Assembly (NCBI GenBank): GCA_013265495.1 | Contig: MU058531.1 | Location: forward strand, 3,410,911-3,474,910 | Source of the DNA: Vicugna vicugna | Lineage: Eukaryota | Length of the DNA: 64,000 nucleotides | Reading direction: 5' to 3' | Shown here: positions 1-11,985 of the stretch, piece by piece | How the letters are laid out: each line of letters opens with the position of its first letter | Numbering within the stretch: the first letter of the stretch is position 1 | Notes under the pieces: model-generated | The model's input: the letters and a program-made list of their open reading frames with translations, nothing else | What the model was told of the DNA's origin: nothing | Database searches by the model: none | Made by a program: the position numbers and the translations under genes

Positions 1-330
1 ATCTCCTGTGGAGATGTGAGAATGAAAAGAGTTGATAAATATATAATGTTAAGTGCAGTACCTGCCATACAGAGAAAGCGTTAGATATGGGTGAGCTGTT
101 ATTATTTTGATAACTTGGTGGTTAAGAGTGTGGGCTCTGGACTCAGATGGCCTGAGTTTTGTGCCCCTACTTCTGAGCTGACCGTAGACAAGTTACTAAC
201 GTCTTAGAGTCTTTATATTTGCTAAATGATGATACTTACTTTATAGGATGGATATAGCAATTAAATTTACAAAGCACTTCATAATTCACACAGTGCCTGC
301 TGTATAGTAATCACTCAGAGTTAGCTGTTG
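1..330 (+). mobile_element. Two tandem MIR fragments
   Basis: MIR 3' end at 1-107, then gtggttaagagtgtgggctctgga...gacaagttact...cacagtgcctg. Confidence 0.75.
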
Positions 331-1114
331 GTTTCTTGATTTTTCCTGGCTTCAGGTTTCAAAGCAGATCAGCCATCAAGCAGAAAATTGGAAAATCTGA
401 GGGTGACAGCCCTGGGGGCCTATCTCCACCTTCCCGTGCTGGAATCTCCTTTCCAGATTTTGTGTTGGCCCCTGAACAACAGAGTCAATTGTCTTTCTGA
501 TTTTCCCAGACCGCAGTGTTCTATAGCCAATCTTGGCAACACATCAGGTTCTAGGAAAGTACATGAATCATCATGGGACTCTTGACTCTGTACTTCTGAG
601 CTTCATAAAAACGTGTGATTCTCTTTGCAGATCTCCTAAATAGCCTTTTTCCCTGGTGTTCTCACGTCCTTTCATCTGCTTATGTCACCCACTGGCACCC
701 GCTTCCTCTGCTTTCTCATCCTGGTTTCATGCCCACCCCCCATGCCCCCTCCCCTCCTGCTGCCTTTAGCCCAATCCCCAAAACGTATCCAGCCCTTTCT
801 CACCTGGACTCTCTCCTCATCAGCTGCCTTTTCCTCCTGCTCTCTTCAGAACACCTACCCTCCTGTGAGCAGACCCTGTCTCCGCCTTTTCTGCCACTCG
901 TCTTCTTGTCCTTTTCTTTATAGCAGTTTTATTCTTAATGAAGACATCACTTACTCTGCTGTCTGCACACGTGGAAGCCTCACCTTCTTTGAGGGGAGGG
1001 AGGGGATGTGGTTTCCTCATTGCCCTGTGCTGGGAATAGGCATTGAACTGCCACCTTCTCCCTGACTCTCACAGGATGTTCGTGTCATCTGTCTAAGGTC
1101 CTTGCTATAGTATT

Positions 1115-1210
1115 GCCTCATCTCATTTCTATAATTCCACATGACAGAGCCTGGCACATAGTAGACATTCCAGTATGTGTTGAGTGAACTGAATGAATGA
1201 ATGAATGAAT
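1115..1210 (+). mobile_element. L2 3' end
   Basis: cctggcacatagtagacattccagtatgtgttgagtgaac followed by (TGAA)n. Confidence 0.8.
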
Positions 1211-1274
1211 CTTTCTATGGAGTTGTATCAACTGGCACATTTTTTGCCTTCCTTGACCCCATTTTCTATCATAC

Positions 1275-1710
1275 TTATTCATTCACTCAATAGATATTTA
1301 TAGAGTGCTAGGGGTGGTTGACCACTGGTTTTCTCTTCTCTTGAGACATCCCATTTAGTAAGAGGAAGATACGTTGCTTAAATAAATTAACTAGAGTTGT
1401 GGTAAGTGTTTGAAGAAAAATTCAGGGTCCTATGGGGCTAACCTAGTGGGGAATGGGGTGGCCAGTGAGGAATTTTTGTAGGGAAGTGTGGTGCAGTTCT
1501 GTAGTAGGAGAGGGAATAGTAACTGGTTAGGTCAAGGTGGCTGGGAGAAGTAGGGTAGAGTGTTCCAGGCAGAGGGAGTAGCTGTGCAAAGGCCCTGTGA
1601 AGGGAAGAAGCACAGTACAATTTGAAGGGGCTGAAGGAAGACCAGAGGCCTCAGGAGCAGGAGTGGCGGCTAAGGATTGTGAGAGATGGGCAAGGGCCAG
1701 GCCTGGGAAC
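1275..1710 (-). mobile_element. L2
   Basis: attcattcactcaatagatattta...gtgttccaggcagagggagtagctgtgcaaaggccctg. Confidence 0.8.
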
Positions 1711-1909
1711 TTCAGTACTCACTTTGATGACCCTTGATATTCCTTAACATCATGGCCGTCAACTTTGTACAAGTGCTTCCCTGCCCTGCATGTTTCTACA
1801 GACCTCATGCATTTTTATCCCTATAAAAACTCTTTTTGCCTTGTCTCCAACCCAGAGTGATCACAATCATGAGACCTGGAGTAGATTATTAATCATGGTA
1901 AGAGAGGCT

Positions 1910-2140
1910 AATTGGATGATTAAGAGCATGAGCCTGGCAATCAGGCAGAGCTGTGGTTCAGATTTTAGCTTCATCACCTAGCTGGGTGATCTTGGGAAAC
2001 TTACTTAACCTCTCAGAGTGTCCATTCTCTCATCTGAAAAAGTGGGTGATGATATTGACCATGTGAATTTGATAACGATCAAATAAATGCATGGAGTAAA
2101 AGTGCTGAGCACAGAATTTGGGTCATATTAATTGCTCATC
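1910..2140 (+). mobile_element. MIR
   Basis: gattaagagcatg...agctgggtgatcttgggaaacttacttaacctctc...ctcatctgaaaaagtggg. Confidence 0.85.
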
Positions 2141-4554
2141 ACATGGCTGTGCTTGTGGAAGGTTGTGGAAGGTGGTGGAGCGTTCAGAGTCCCTGTGCCA
2201 TGAGAGTAACACAGCCATTTTCTGTTGTTTCTTGACCTTTCTCGGCAGAGCCCTGAGCAGTACCTGGGATGAGAGTTCAGTTTTTGTGTGTGTTTTGTTC
2301 TGCAGGTATGAAAGTCAAAGACTCTCTTCTTTCCTTGTTCTGCTCTCAAGAGCATTTAAAATCCACGTTTGGTCCCGGCTTCTGCTTCTTAGGGAGCAAC
2401 ATTCCTTAGGGAAACTATCTGTTCTTTGGTCTTCTGCTGGTTTGCCTCTGACTATCATTCCCCATGTCCATATTTCCCACCCCAGCAACTCACTCAACCC
2501 CTACATCTACCTGTCCTGGGTTCTGGACCTCTGTCTGCCCTGGTCACTGAGACCCTGTTGTTTTTAACCTGTCCAATAATCTGGTCCCAGATGCTTGAAT
2601 TGCACTGGATAGATGATACCTTGTATTTCTTTGGCCAACTGGCTCTAGAGACAAGCCTCACCTCTGACACCTACCATCTGGGGAAACTTACACCCTGTTT
2701 TTCAGTCCTAGACTCAGACTCATGTCCAGCCTTCTCTTGGCCTTACTTCCTACATGTAAAACCTCATGCTGTTGCTGCCTTTATTTCTTCATGGATAAGA
2801 GACATGACCTTTGGATTCTCATCGCCAGCTCTGGCTCAACATACTAAAAACAGAATTTACCTCTATATGCCTCACTCTTTCTGTACTTTGATCAGGTTGC
2901 AGGCCTAGAACTTATTGCATCATATTTGCCTGCCCCATTAAATTATGAAATCTCTGAGGACAACAGTTGTCCTTCATTATTTCTGTGTTCCCAGTATTTA
3001 GTTCAGGCCCTAGAAAATAAAGAAGGCCTTTAATTAAAGATTTTCAAAATTAATTGGAAATTGTCACTCTGCCAGGAAAGCTAGGGTCAACCTGTACCAT
3101 TGGGGTGGAATAGGGCCATTGGCTACTAGAGTGCAGCAGGGACCTTGGAACAGTTCCTGAAATGGTCAGCTTCAAATTAGTTGGAGGAAAGTTCCATAGT
3201 CAGCTGATAGTCAGTGATGTGGCCTCCCTCTCTGCTTAGGGGGGCTTTATAAATAAGAACATGGCACAAAAATTAGTGTATTAATGTTTGTAGTATCTTC
3301 CTCTCCTTTAGCCTGCTAAGAATAAGTCTGTGCTGGCTTTTCTGGTATTCCATTTGCTCTCTCTTCCAAAAGAGATGGTATTCTGGCTGGCTGAGAGAGA
3401 AGCTAAGTTCACCTATAGATTAGTGGACACCTTGGGAAAGAAGAAGAGTCGAAATCAAAGATCTGTCTGGGGAAAGAGTGAACCTAGGGGAGGTCATTTT
3501 GCAGAGGGTGCTCTGCAGCTGCTGAAAGGTGAAAAGGAATAGGAGAGGAAAGAGAAGGGATGAACCGGCCCCTTCAATGTTCTTTAAGAAAAGCAAATAA
3601 AAGATTTGACTTGGGAATAAACTTTCTCTGTTTTTGTATTGCTCTTTTCATTGTGCCCAACACAATGTCTGGCACCGGGAAAGTTTTCAACAAGTATTTG
3701 TACAATTAATTCCTTAAATATTGGAACTGGATTTTCAACAAATGATGGTTGAAGGCCCTGTATTGATCACAGTCTTATGGGGCTGGGAGCATAGTCTTTG
3801 ACACCATGAGTCTAGTGTGGCAGGGTGTTGTGGAGAAGCAGGGTAATATGTGCCAACCCATCCCCAGCCTCATAGTGAAATTACAGTGCCCTCAGGAGCA
3901 ACGCTAATTCAGGACCAAGGACAGCATCCATTGGACACTCCCCCTCATGTTTTAGTGCTACTACTCCCATGCTTGTGTGTGATTTCAACATCCTGAGCCC
4001 CTTATCTTTCTTTCCATTACACCTGCTCTGCAACCCTCCCAACTAGGATCAATCCAATTACCACATTCCCCATTTCCAGACAAGGCCTAGTACTGCTGGA
4101 GAGAAATGACAAAACTAAGCCCTCGGATGACACAGAAATTCATGCTCTCTTGACTCAGCTCCACCAAGGAATCCTAAAACATTGCTTGTCATTATTCTCT
4201 ACTCCATGCCCCACAGTGGCTATTCTAAACCTGCATCACCCTCGCCCCTCATACCTTTGCCTGTCCTTTCAGTCTCCATAGGACTCTGCCTCCTACTTCC
4301 AGGAGAAACTGAAGGTACAAGGTGAAAATTCCTTTAACTTCCTTTTTACACTCTGCTTTGTCTGCCCTCAAAAGAAAAGGTGTTGTTTGGCCTTCTCAAA
4401 ACAAATCCCTCTACCTTTGTTTCTGGTTTCCTTCCCCATCCTCCAGGTCCACTATAACCAGAACTTCCGTCAGCTGTCCTCCCCCGTCCTCTGGATCCCT
4501 CCTGATTACTGCCCAGCATACTAGTCAGTGTTCCTGGATGACTGCGAAGGTCTG

Positions 4555-4680
4555 TCATACCCACATGGAGTCATTATTTAAAGATGTAGATTTAGGAACC
4601 CTAACCCAGGGCTACTGAATCAGAGTTTTTGGTGGTGGGGCCCAGGAATCTGTGTTTTAACAAGTATTCCTGATCTGCTA
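4555..4680. mobile_element. MER5A-like (hAT-Charlie) fragment
   Basis: ctactgaatcagag...ggtggggcccaggaatctgtgttttaacaag. Confidence 0.75.
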
Positions 4681-4814
4681 AGCCCTGTTAAAAGCTCTGC
4701 ATTTATTATTGCTACCCTCAAACCGCCTTTCACCCAAAAGCTAGAAATACCTCTCTGAAATTCAAATCTGATCACATTATTCCCTATTAAGAGTCCCTCA
4801 AGAGTTTTTTAATA

Positions 4815-5255
4815 AGTCAGGGTCAAGGCAGATTGCACATGGCACATTCAAAATGGGTAATTTGAAGAGAATATAATCAAGGTGATATTTGCAGAGGTGT
4901 GCTGGGGGTGAGACAGAAATGAGGGTTAGGGCAGTACTCCAAGGCCAGCACAGGCTCTGAAAGGGTAAGCAGAGGGAGTGGTTCTGTGTTCAGAAAGAGA
5001 GGACTGCCTTATCTGGGCTGTTATTCGTGGAAAGAGGCATCCAACCGGAGGCAGTGACCAGAAAGGAGAGAGGAAAATAAATACTCCTCCTCTTTCTCCT
5101 TCCTCTCTCTGAATTCTTGTCAGTGTTCCCCATTGGGTGAGGGAAAGGGAGCCAGGGGTGCAGTCCATATTGGGCAGCCTCCGGAGTATACAGCATGATG
5201 GAGAAGGGACAATGGGATTTGGGGAGGTGAGGGAGAGAGGTGGGGCACACAAACA
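4815..5255. mobile_element. MaLR (MLT1-like) LTR relic
   Basis: agtcagggtc...atggcacattcaaaatgggtaatttgaagaga...tccccattgg...gggagccaggggtgcagtccata. Confidence 0.55.
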
Positions 5256-5326
5256 GAAGTTACCTAGCGTGGGTTTCTAACCAGTGCATATAGGAGAAGG
5301 ACCAAAGCATCAAGGTGGCACATCAT

Positions 5327-5448
5327 GTCCTCTTCCATCAGGCTGCCTCCTGCTGCTTCCCATCCTCCCTGCAGCCTCTGTAGATGGGTCCTCTTCCATC
5401 AGGCTGCCTCCTGCTGCTTCCCATCCTCCCTGCAGCCTCTGTAGATGG
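5327..5448. repeat. Perfect tandem duplication, 2 x 61 bp
   Basis: gtcctcttccatcaggctgcctcctgctgcttcccatcctccctgcagcctctgtagatgg at 5327-5387 and again at 5388-5448. Confidence 0.97.
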
Positions 5449-6563
5449 CAGGGCCTCTGAGAAGTCCCAGGCGATTCTTCTGCTTATGCCTTTGCTCACA
5501 TAACCTCCTTTGCCTGGAATGCTTTCTCTATTCTGTCCACCCAACAACTGCCAGACTTTCTACAAAACTAAACTCTAGTGCCTAAGTCTGTGAAGCCTCT
5601 CTTTAGCCTCCTCACCAAGTAGAATTGGCCACTCCTTCTTTTGTGCCCCCATCAACACAATAACAGTTAACATGGTTGGAGTGCTTATTCTGTGCCAGGC
5701 ACTAAGAAGTTTGGGCAAACCCCACGCAGCTCCTTGGAAGACATATTCCTTAAATCATGACCACCATCTGTTTACTCAAATCGTGGCTTCAAGAAGAGAC
5801 AGGATTGGGTTGGATGTCTGTCCTCTGTTTCTAGACCTGTGGTTCTCGTATTCAAACTCTTTGGATATTATCTTGAATTCTGGCCTCGAGCTTTCTCCCT
5901 GTTCCTTTTCCCCATATCCACACCCCAGTACTTGTTTATTATTTCTGAGTAGAGCCTCTGCTTTGATCTTAAAGGACAGTCAATCTCCATTCAGTCTACC
6001 TCTTTCTTTGCCACCTCATCACTCCCCTTGCTCTCTGTTTATCACTCTTATTTTTGTGTCTCCTCTCTATGTTAACTCTTATCTTCTTATTTCTGTCCCC
6101 TCTTTTACTTCTCTCTTTCTCTTTCACCCATCTCATTCCTTTGAGGAGCTAAAGAATACCTGGATGGTGGCTGATTAAGGCCACCGCGCTCTAGGGCACT
6201 ACTTAGAGTGGTGGGAGTCATTCTGCCTGCATTCCACTCCCAGCTCTACCACTGTCTTACTTCTTACCTTGGACAAATGGCTGACTCTGTTCCTCAATTT
6301 TTTCATCTATGAAATGGGCATGAGAGAAGTTACTGTGGCTGAAATGCAGTACTCCTTTATTATTTGGCTGTTATTATTATTATTTGAATTCAAATTTGAA
6401 TCTGAATGGGGCCCATTGTCTCTACCTGTTACCTGCCCTGTTTCTACCACTTGGCATTGGACACCCATGTCATTCATCTGCTTGGCTCTTATAGGTATTT
6501 GAGCTTGTGAACCAACACAAACCAAAGCTTGAAAACTACTCAGAATGTCTCCATTTATTCCTT

Positions 6564-6684
6564 TTTTTAACATTTTTTATTGATTTATAATCATTTTATA
6601 ATGTTGTGTCAAATTCCAGTGTAGAGCACAATTTTTCAATTATACATGAACATATATATATTCATTGTCACATTCCTTTCTCTG
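6564..6684 (-). mobile_element. Very short camelid L1 3'-end insertion
   Basis: Same 3' UTR as the 37872 insert. TSD tccatttatt(c/t)ctt starting at 6550 and 6685. Confidence 0.9.
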
Positions 6685-7221
6685 TCCATTTATTTCTTTA
6701 TTCCCTTACAAATAAATCATTTTTCTCTCCAAGTGCCAACTGTGACACTGTGAGGTTTTTTTTTAATTATTATTACATTCATTTCCTAGAGTTGCAATAA
6801 AGGTTTTCTGTTCTCATTTTTGCATGTCATGATGAGGGTTAAGTGAATGTCCCTGGATGCCATCAAGTGGCTCTCCTGTTAGAGCTCTCCCAGAAGCACC
6901 CACTGCCGATGCAGAAGCATTGGTGAGGACCACGAAGGCTGACATCACCTTCCCCTCATTAACAGCTCAGACCCCTCACCTGACATCTCCAACTGCAGAG
7001 TCTCCTGGCCACGCGGTACCAGAAGTTCTCTTTATTCCCTTCCCTGCCCTACTCCCTGCCCCAGGGGGCACCCAGCGCTCCTGGCTCTTATCTTCACCCT
7101 TCTATATCCAGCTTCCCACCCCAAGCTTTGGACATTTTGTTGGTATGTAAACCCCTCCTCTCCCCATCCCAAGCAGCTCATGACAGCCATATTTTATGTA
7201 TGAATGTATGTATGTATTTTT

Positions 7222-7536
7222 AAAAAGGCATACTGCCCCCTGCAGTGCCTCATTTGGATGTGTCTGGAGCCTTGGAAGCTTAACTACCGTACAGACCTTG
7301 AGAGTTTTTTTGGAGGTTCTAGCAAGGGAATGCTGCTACTCAGATACCCCTGACTGAAGAATGATCTTCCTCTGTCCAGGAAGGTTGTCCTCTTCACCCG
7401 AGCGCACAGTTTCAGGAGGGACATGTTTGGAGCGTAGAGGGAGGAAGAGGACACCCGCCTAGCCAGCCAGATCAGCCAGGTCAACCCTGGCGATCAATGG
7501 GGTGACAAATGTCACAGCCAGATTGCCTTTACATCC
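7222..7536 (-). pseudogene. RN7SK-like pseudogene: 7SK snRNA retropseudogene, near full length
   Basis: Reverse complement reads GGATGTAAAGGCAATCTGGCTGTGACATTTGTCACCCCATTGATCGCCAGGGTTGACCTGGCTGATCTGGCTGGCTAGGCGGGTGTCC...GACACATCCAAATGAGGCACTGCAGGGGGCAGTATGCCTTTTT, collinear with mammalian 7SK from its 5' G to the 3' U-run. Many substitutions and a ~14-nt deletion near 7292. A-rich (TACA)n tail at 7200-7221 and candidate TSD tattttatgt (7190-7199) / tagtttatgt (7537-7546). Confidence 0.95.
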
Positions 7537-9439
7537 TAGTTTATGTTTAAATGAACATTCTGGAGAATACATTTTTCCATGTGATAACACATTTTTATAG
7601 CATGGCTTAGGGTACTAATCAACATTTAAATTACCTTTTCTATGCTCGGAATTCCAAATAACTAACTTATGAACTTGTAACTGATATGTCTAAAGTTACA
7701 GCGTGGAGCTCAGTAAGGACTGCAAGTCATCAGGAACAGCTTCACGGAAAGTGGGCCGGGAGTTAGACCTTAAGGGAGGTGTAGAAGACGCTCTGAAAAG
7801 GAGATATTCTGGGTTGGGGAGTGAAGAACAGAGCAGAATTGTTGTAGGACAGTGAAGAGGAGGAGAGAGGAGGAAACACTTTGGGAGAGCTTTTACGACT
7901 CAATAAGTGGAAGCTGATTGAGTGATTTAATTAATTTCCCTTCCCTCAGCTTTCTTTAATTTTTCAGTCAGGAATGGCTGTGCTGGGCATCTGTGCTGCT
8001 GTCCACCCACTGCACCCATGACAGACAATGCTTATCATTGTGACCCTGTCCTTTGGTGGGTCTTGGCATGGCCTAAGAATCCTTCCTAATGAAACAGCCC
8101 AAGCACTTCTACCAGTTGATCAGAGTCGGCTGCATGCAGCAGGGAATCCATTTGCTCCTCCTGCCCTGGGTTTAGTCAACCTGGCGACTTCTATCTCTAA
8201 ATGGGACTGTATTAGGAGTAACTTCATTAAGTAAGAAATGTAAATATCCATTTATAACAACATTAACACAATTGTTCAAAACACATTATGATACTGTCTT
8301 GCTAGGATGTAAGTTTCAGAGGGACACACTGAAGCCCTTTTAATGGACACTTAAACCCATTTGCTTTTAGGTGACGTTAGGCCAGTGCCTGACGTGAATA
8401 GCTTTGCTTCCTCAGGTTTCAGTTTGGTGTTGACCCACCTTCCAGAGCTTGGTATTGATTTTTTTTTTTTAGGAATAATTTTGCAACATCAAGTGGAACC
8501 TCTGTGTTAATAAGCTCTACTCCTCTCTTATCAAATGGATAGTTTACGCCTGGACAGCACAGGTCTGCACATAATGTTTTCCATGGAGACCATAGGGCTT
8601 CGAGTGCCTGGGCCGCTGTGGGTTCCCTTCATTGCCTCCCTCCTTCCCCTTCTCCTGGCTTTGAATGCTTATCTTTCCCGAACTGGCTCATCGTTTCTGT
8701 GAGAGCGCTCCTACACCTCCATGCCCTCCATCACAGTTAGCCTCTCTCCTCTGTTCTACAGCACTTTTGGTTTTGCACCTTCAGCAGAACTGCTGGGGCC
8801 ATGCCCACCTCTCCCGCTGGACTTTGGCTTTTTGAGGGAAACCCTGGGCCTCCCTGTCACTCAGCATGAGGTAGACACCGGATGCAGCCTTTATTTTCGT
8901 TACAGCAATGTATCATTTAGAGATACCAGGCTAGTAGAATTTTCATTTTGTTTGAATGTGTCAGTGTTCACACTGACTTACCTGAGAAAGCAAGATAGGT
9001 ATAAAATTAGATGACAGATTCATAAATGTGGGTTTTGGGAGTCATTCATCTTGGAAGACTGAATACTTTTTCTACTAATCAAACTGCTGACATTCTGTGT
9101 TTTACATTGAAAGTGCCATGGGGTGAAAGCATTGGTGTTGGTGCCTATCTCAGGCAGAGCCTACCTTCATCTGAGTGAAGGGAATGTGTTTGGATCGTAT
9201 GACTGAAAACATGCACGTCATGAGATAAATAGGCCAGCGTTCCTGTTAGGACAACAGATGAAATCCTCTTCCTGAGCAAAATGGGAAACACAGGGCTTCT
9301 GGGGAAGCCTGCACCATGACCCGGGTGAGGGAGTAACATCCAGAATGTGTCCCCGCTGCTCCGTGTTCCCTTTCTCTTGAGCATCACCCTTTGCCTCAGT
9401 TTTCCATATGGGAAATGGGTGGAATTACTGTGTAATAAA

Positions 9440-9675
9440 AATAGCTAACATTTATTTCCTATGAGTCAACTACTGTGCCAAATACATGAGCTCATTTAAC
9501 CCTAACAACAGCCACAGTGACAACATTAGGATCCCCACTTCACAGGAGAGGAAACAGCAGCTTGGATAGGTTAAGTGACTTGCTCAAGGTTGGCTGCAAG
9601 AAAATGAAAAAAATCTGTAACTCAAATCTGGGTCTTTCTGACCACAGAGCCTGTCTTTTTACCTCTGCCCTAAGC
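9440..9675 (-). mobile_element. MIR
   Basis: atagctaacattta...gaggaaac...ggttaagtgacttgctcaagg. Confidence 0.8.
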
Positions 9676-10707
9676 TGCCTCTCTGGGCACTCCAGAGAGC
9701 TTGATTAAAAAAAAAAAAGCCGAATAAATAGAAGGGGTCAGGGATATCCTTATCAGAGAGGGTGTTCAATAGAAAGGTAATGAAGATAATGCTATATGTT
9801 TTCTTGGGAGAGCTCTCAGCCCCGAGTAAAGATAGATACTATAAAACTGTACGGTGGTTGATTTGATCAGTAACTTGATTTTTTGCATCCGATTAAGGTT
9901 ATGTTACTGTCAGGTGATTTCTGAGACTTTGGTCCATTGGAGTGGGAGTTCAGAGGACAGAGGTCTTCATTAGGGCTGGAGGGAGACCGTGGGAATTGTT
10001 TGAGGGCTGTGCTGCCTTTTCGGAGTCATGCATTGTTGTCTTTTTTCCTACCAGTAGGTGGAAATAGAACTGAATCTTTCAGCACTTGCCCATTCAGCTG
10101 AGTCCTGGCAGGATTTCTTTCATTTCTGCCTTAAAAGAACAGCAACCCAAAAAAGCCCTCAGGAGAAGTTTGAAGTGTGCAGTTAGAGGACTGCTATTCT
10201 GCAGTTAGACTGGACTATTTCCAGTCTGATGGTCAGATAACGGTTTTTACCCCTTCCAAGGCCAGGGTACTGGAAGCAGCCGCTGGCGACCATGGCTCTC
10301 CTGTGAGCCTTGCTGGACACCCACTTCAAGTGGGTTTTTTCCCCTGTCCTGACCACACGTCCTTTACTAAGACTTTTATTCCCAATTTTAAACCTCTGTG
10401 CTTACTGTCAAATTGAGTATCATGATTTTTTTTTCAGGAACTACATTTCTGAAATAAAAATTTACCGAATTAAAATGGTACATAGTGGATAAAGTAGAAG
10501 AAAAAAGTCCCCCTGGGCCAACGCCCACACACACACACACACCTTCCCAAGGTATTCACTAACAGTTTGTTACTTAGCTCTCCAGGCATTTTTCTGTCTA
10601 TATACATATATCTCCATTGAAATAAAATGATAATCTGTGTTATTCTGCACCTTCCTTTTGCTACTGATCCGTGTTTCAGGGTTGCCAGTGTATGTGATTG
10701 TCTCCAG

Positions 10708-10935
10708 GACAGTTCTCACCTGGGGGCAGTTTTGCCCCCCAGCTGACACTTGGCAATGACTGGATGCATTTTTTGGTTGTCATAACTGGGGTAGATGGTG
10801 GTGCCACTGGCACCTAATGTGTAGAAGACAGGGATGCTGCTAAACATCCTCCAGTGCACTGGACAACACCCCCCACCACCACTACATAGAATAATCTGGC
10901 CCCCAATGTCAGTAGTGATGAGGTCGAGAAACCCT
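10708..10935 (+). mobile_element. MER20 (hAT-Charlie)
   Basis: gttctcacctgggggcagttttgcccccc...gggatgctgctaaacatcct...aatgtcagtagtgatgaggtcgagaaaccct. Confidence 0.9.
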
Positions 10936-11029
10936 TTTCAAGAGAACCTCATTCTTTGTAATCGGTGCATAGTATTCATAGTATGGAGTTCCATCCTGTA
11001 TTAATCCATCTTCCTACTGGCAGTCATTT

Positions 11030-11531
11030 TTTATTGAGGTATATACTTGATTTCAATATTATATAAGTTTCAGGAGAACAACATAGTGATTCACAATTTT
11101 TAAAGGTTATACTTCATTTATACTTAATAGAATATTGGCTGTATTCCCTGTGTTGTACAAGATATCTTTGTAGCTTATTTATTTTATGCATAGTAGTTTG
11201 TAACTCTTAATCCCCTACCTACCCCTATCTTACCTCTCCCATCTTTTTTCTCCCCATTGGTAACCACGAGTTGCTTCTCTATATCTGAGTCTGTTTCTGT
11301 TTTGTTATATTCACTAGTTTCATTTTTTAGATTCCACATATAAGTGATACAGAGAGTTTTTGTCTTTCTCTGCCTGATTTATTTCACTGAGCATAATACC
11401 CTCCAGGTCCATCCATCTTGTTGCAAATGGCATTATTTTATTCTTTGTTATGGCTGAGTGGTTTTCCATTGTATGTATATGCCGTGTCTCTATCCATTCA
11501 CCTGTTGATGGACACTTAGGATGCTTCTATA
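11030..11531 (-). mobile_element. L1 3' end (L1MA-like) inserted in an older L1ME-like relic
   Basis: ttttattgaggtatatacttgatttcaatattatataagtttcagg...gattccacatataagtgatac...ccattcacctgttgatggacacttagg. TSD cct(a/c)ctgg(c/t)agtcattt at 11013-11029 and 11532-11548. Confidence 0.9.
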
Positions 11532-11689
11532 CCTCCTGGTAGTCATTTAAGGCTGTGTGCAGCTCTTTGCTATCAAAAGCAGGGTTGCAATGAACATTAT
11601 CTTATATCTCTGGTAAGATATGAGCGCTGTGAGAGTTTATTTCTGCAAGATAAGGACACAGAAGTAAAATACATGAATGTAGAGACTTT

Positions 11690-11985
11690 AAAAGTGAAAG
11701 ACCTAAAAACTGAAAGTGTTTTCTTAAGTTCACAGCAAGCTTATTTATTCGGTGGCGAAGCCTGACACGAACTGTCATAAGGCTAGTTGCAACCTTTATT
11801 TACTCCATACAATGTGAATATTTAGTCATTTTGTGATTGTGGAATGCTGCCAGTCTCTGATGGGGATGCTACATAATATATAGCCGAAGTACCTCACTGA
11901 TTTTTTTTTCAATCTGGAAAAAAAAAACTTGAATTGCCGTGCTCTCAGCTTTTTGATGTTGCAGCGATGCGCCTCATTTAGTCCC
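11690..11985. mobile_element. MER46C-like (TcMar-Tigger) relic
   Basis: aactgaaagtgttttc...ggcgaagcctgacacgaactgtcataaggcta...tgtgaatatt...ggggatgctacataatata. Confidence 0.65.

Noticed and set aside
5327..5448. CRISPR-like array
   Set aside because: Only two adjacent units with no spacer, in mammalian DNA. No repeat-spacer array was seen anywhere in the window.
8371..8397. Paired CRE half-sites (TGACG), and scattered AP-1 TGAGTCA sites elsewhere
   Set aside because: Short motifs occur at chance frequency, so an enhancer cannot be called from sequence alone.
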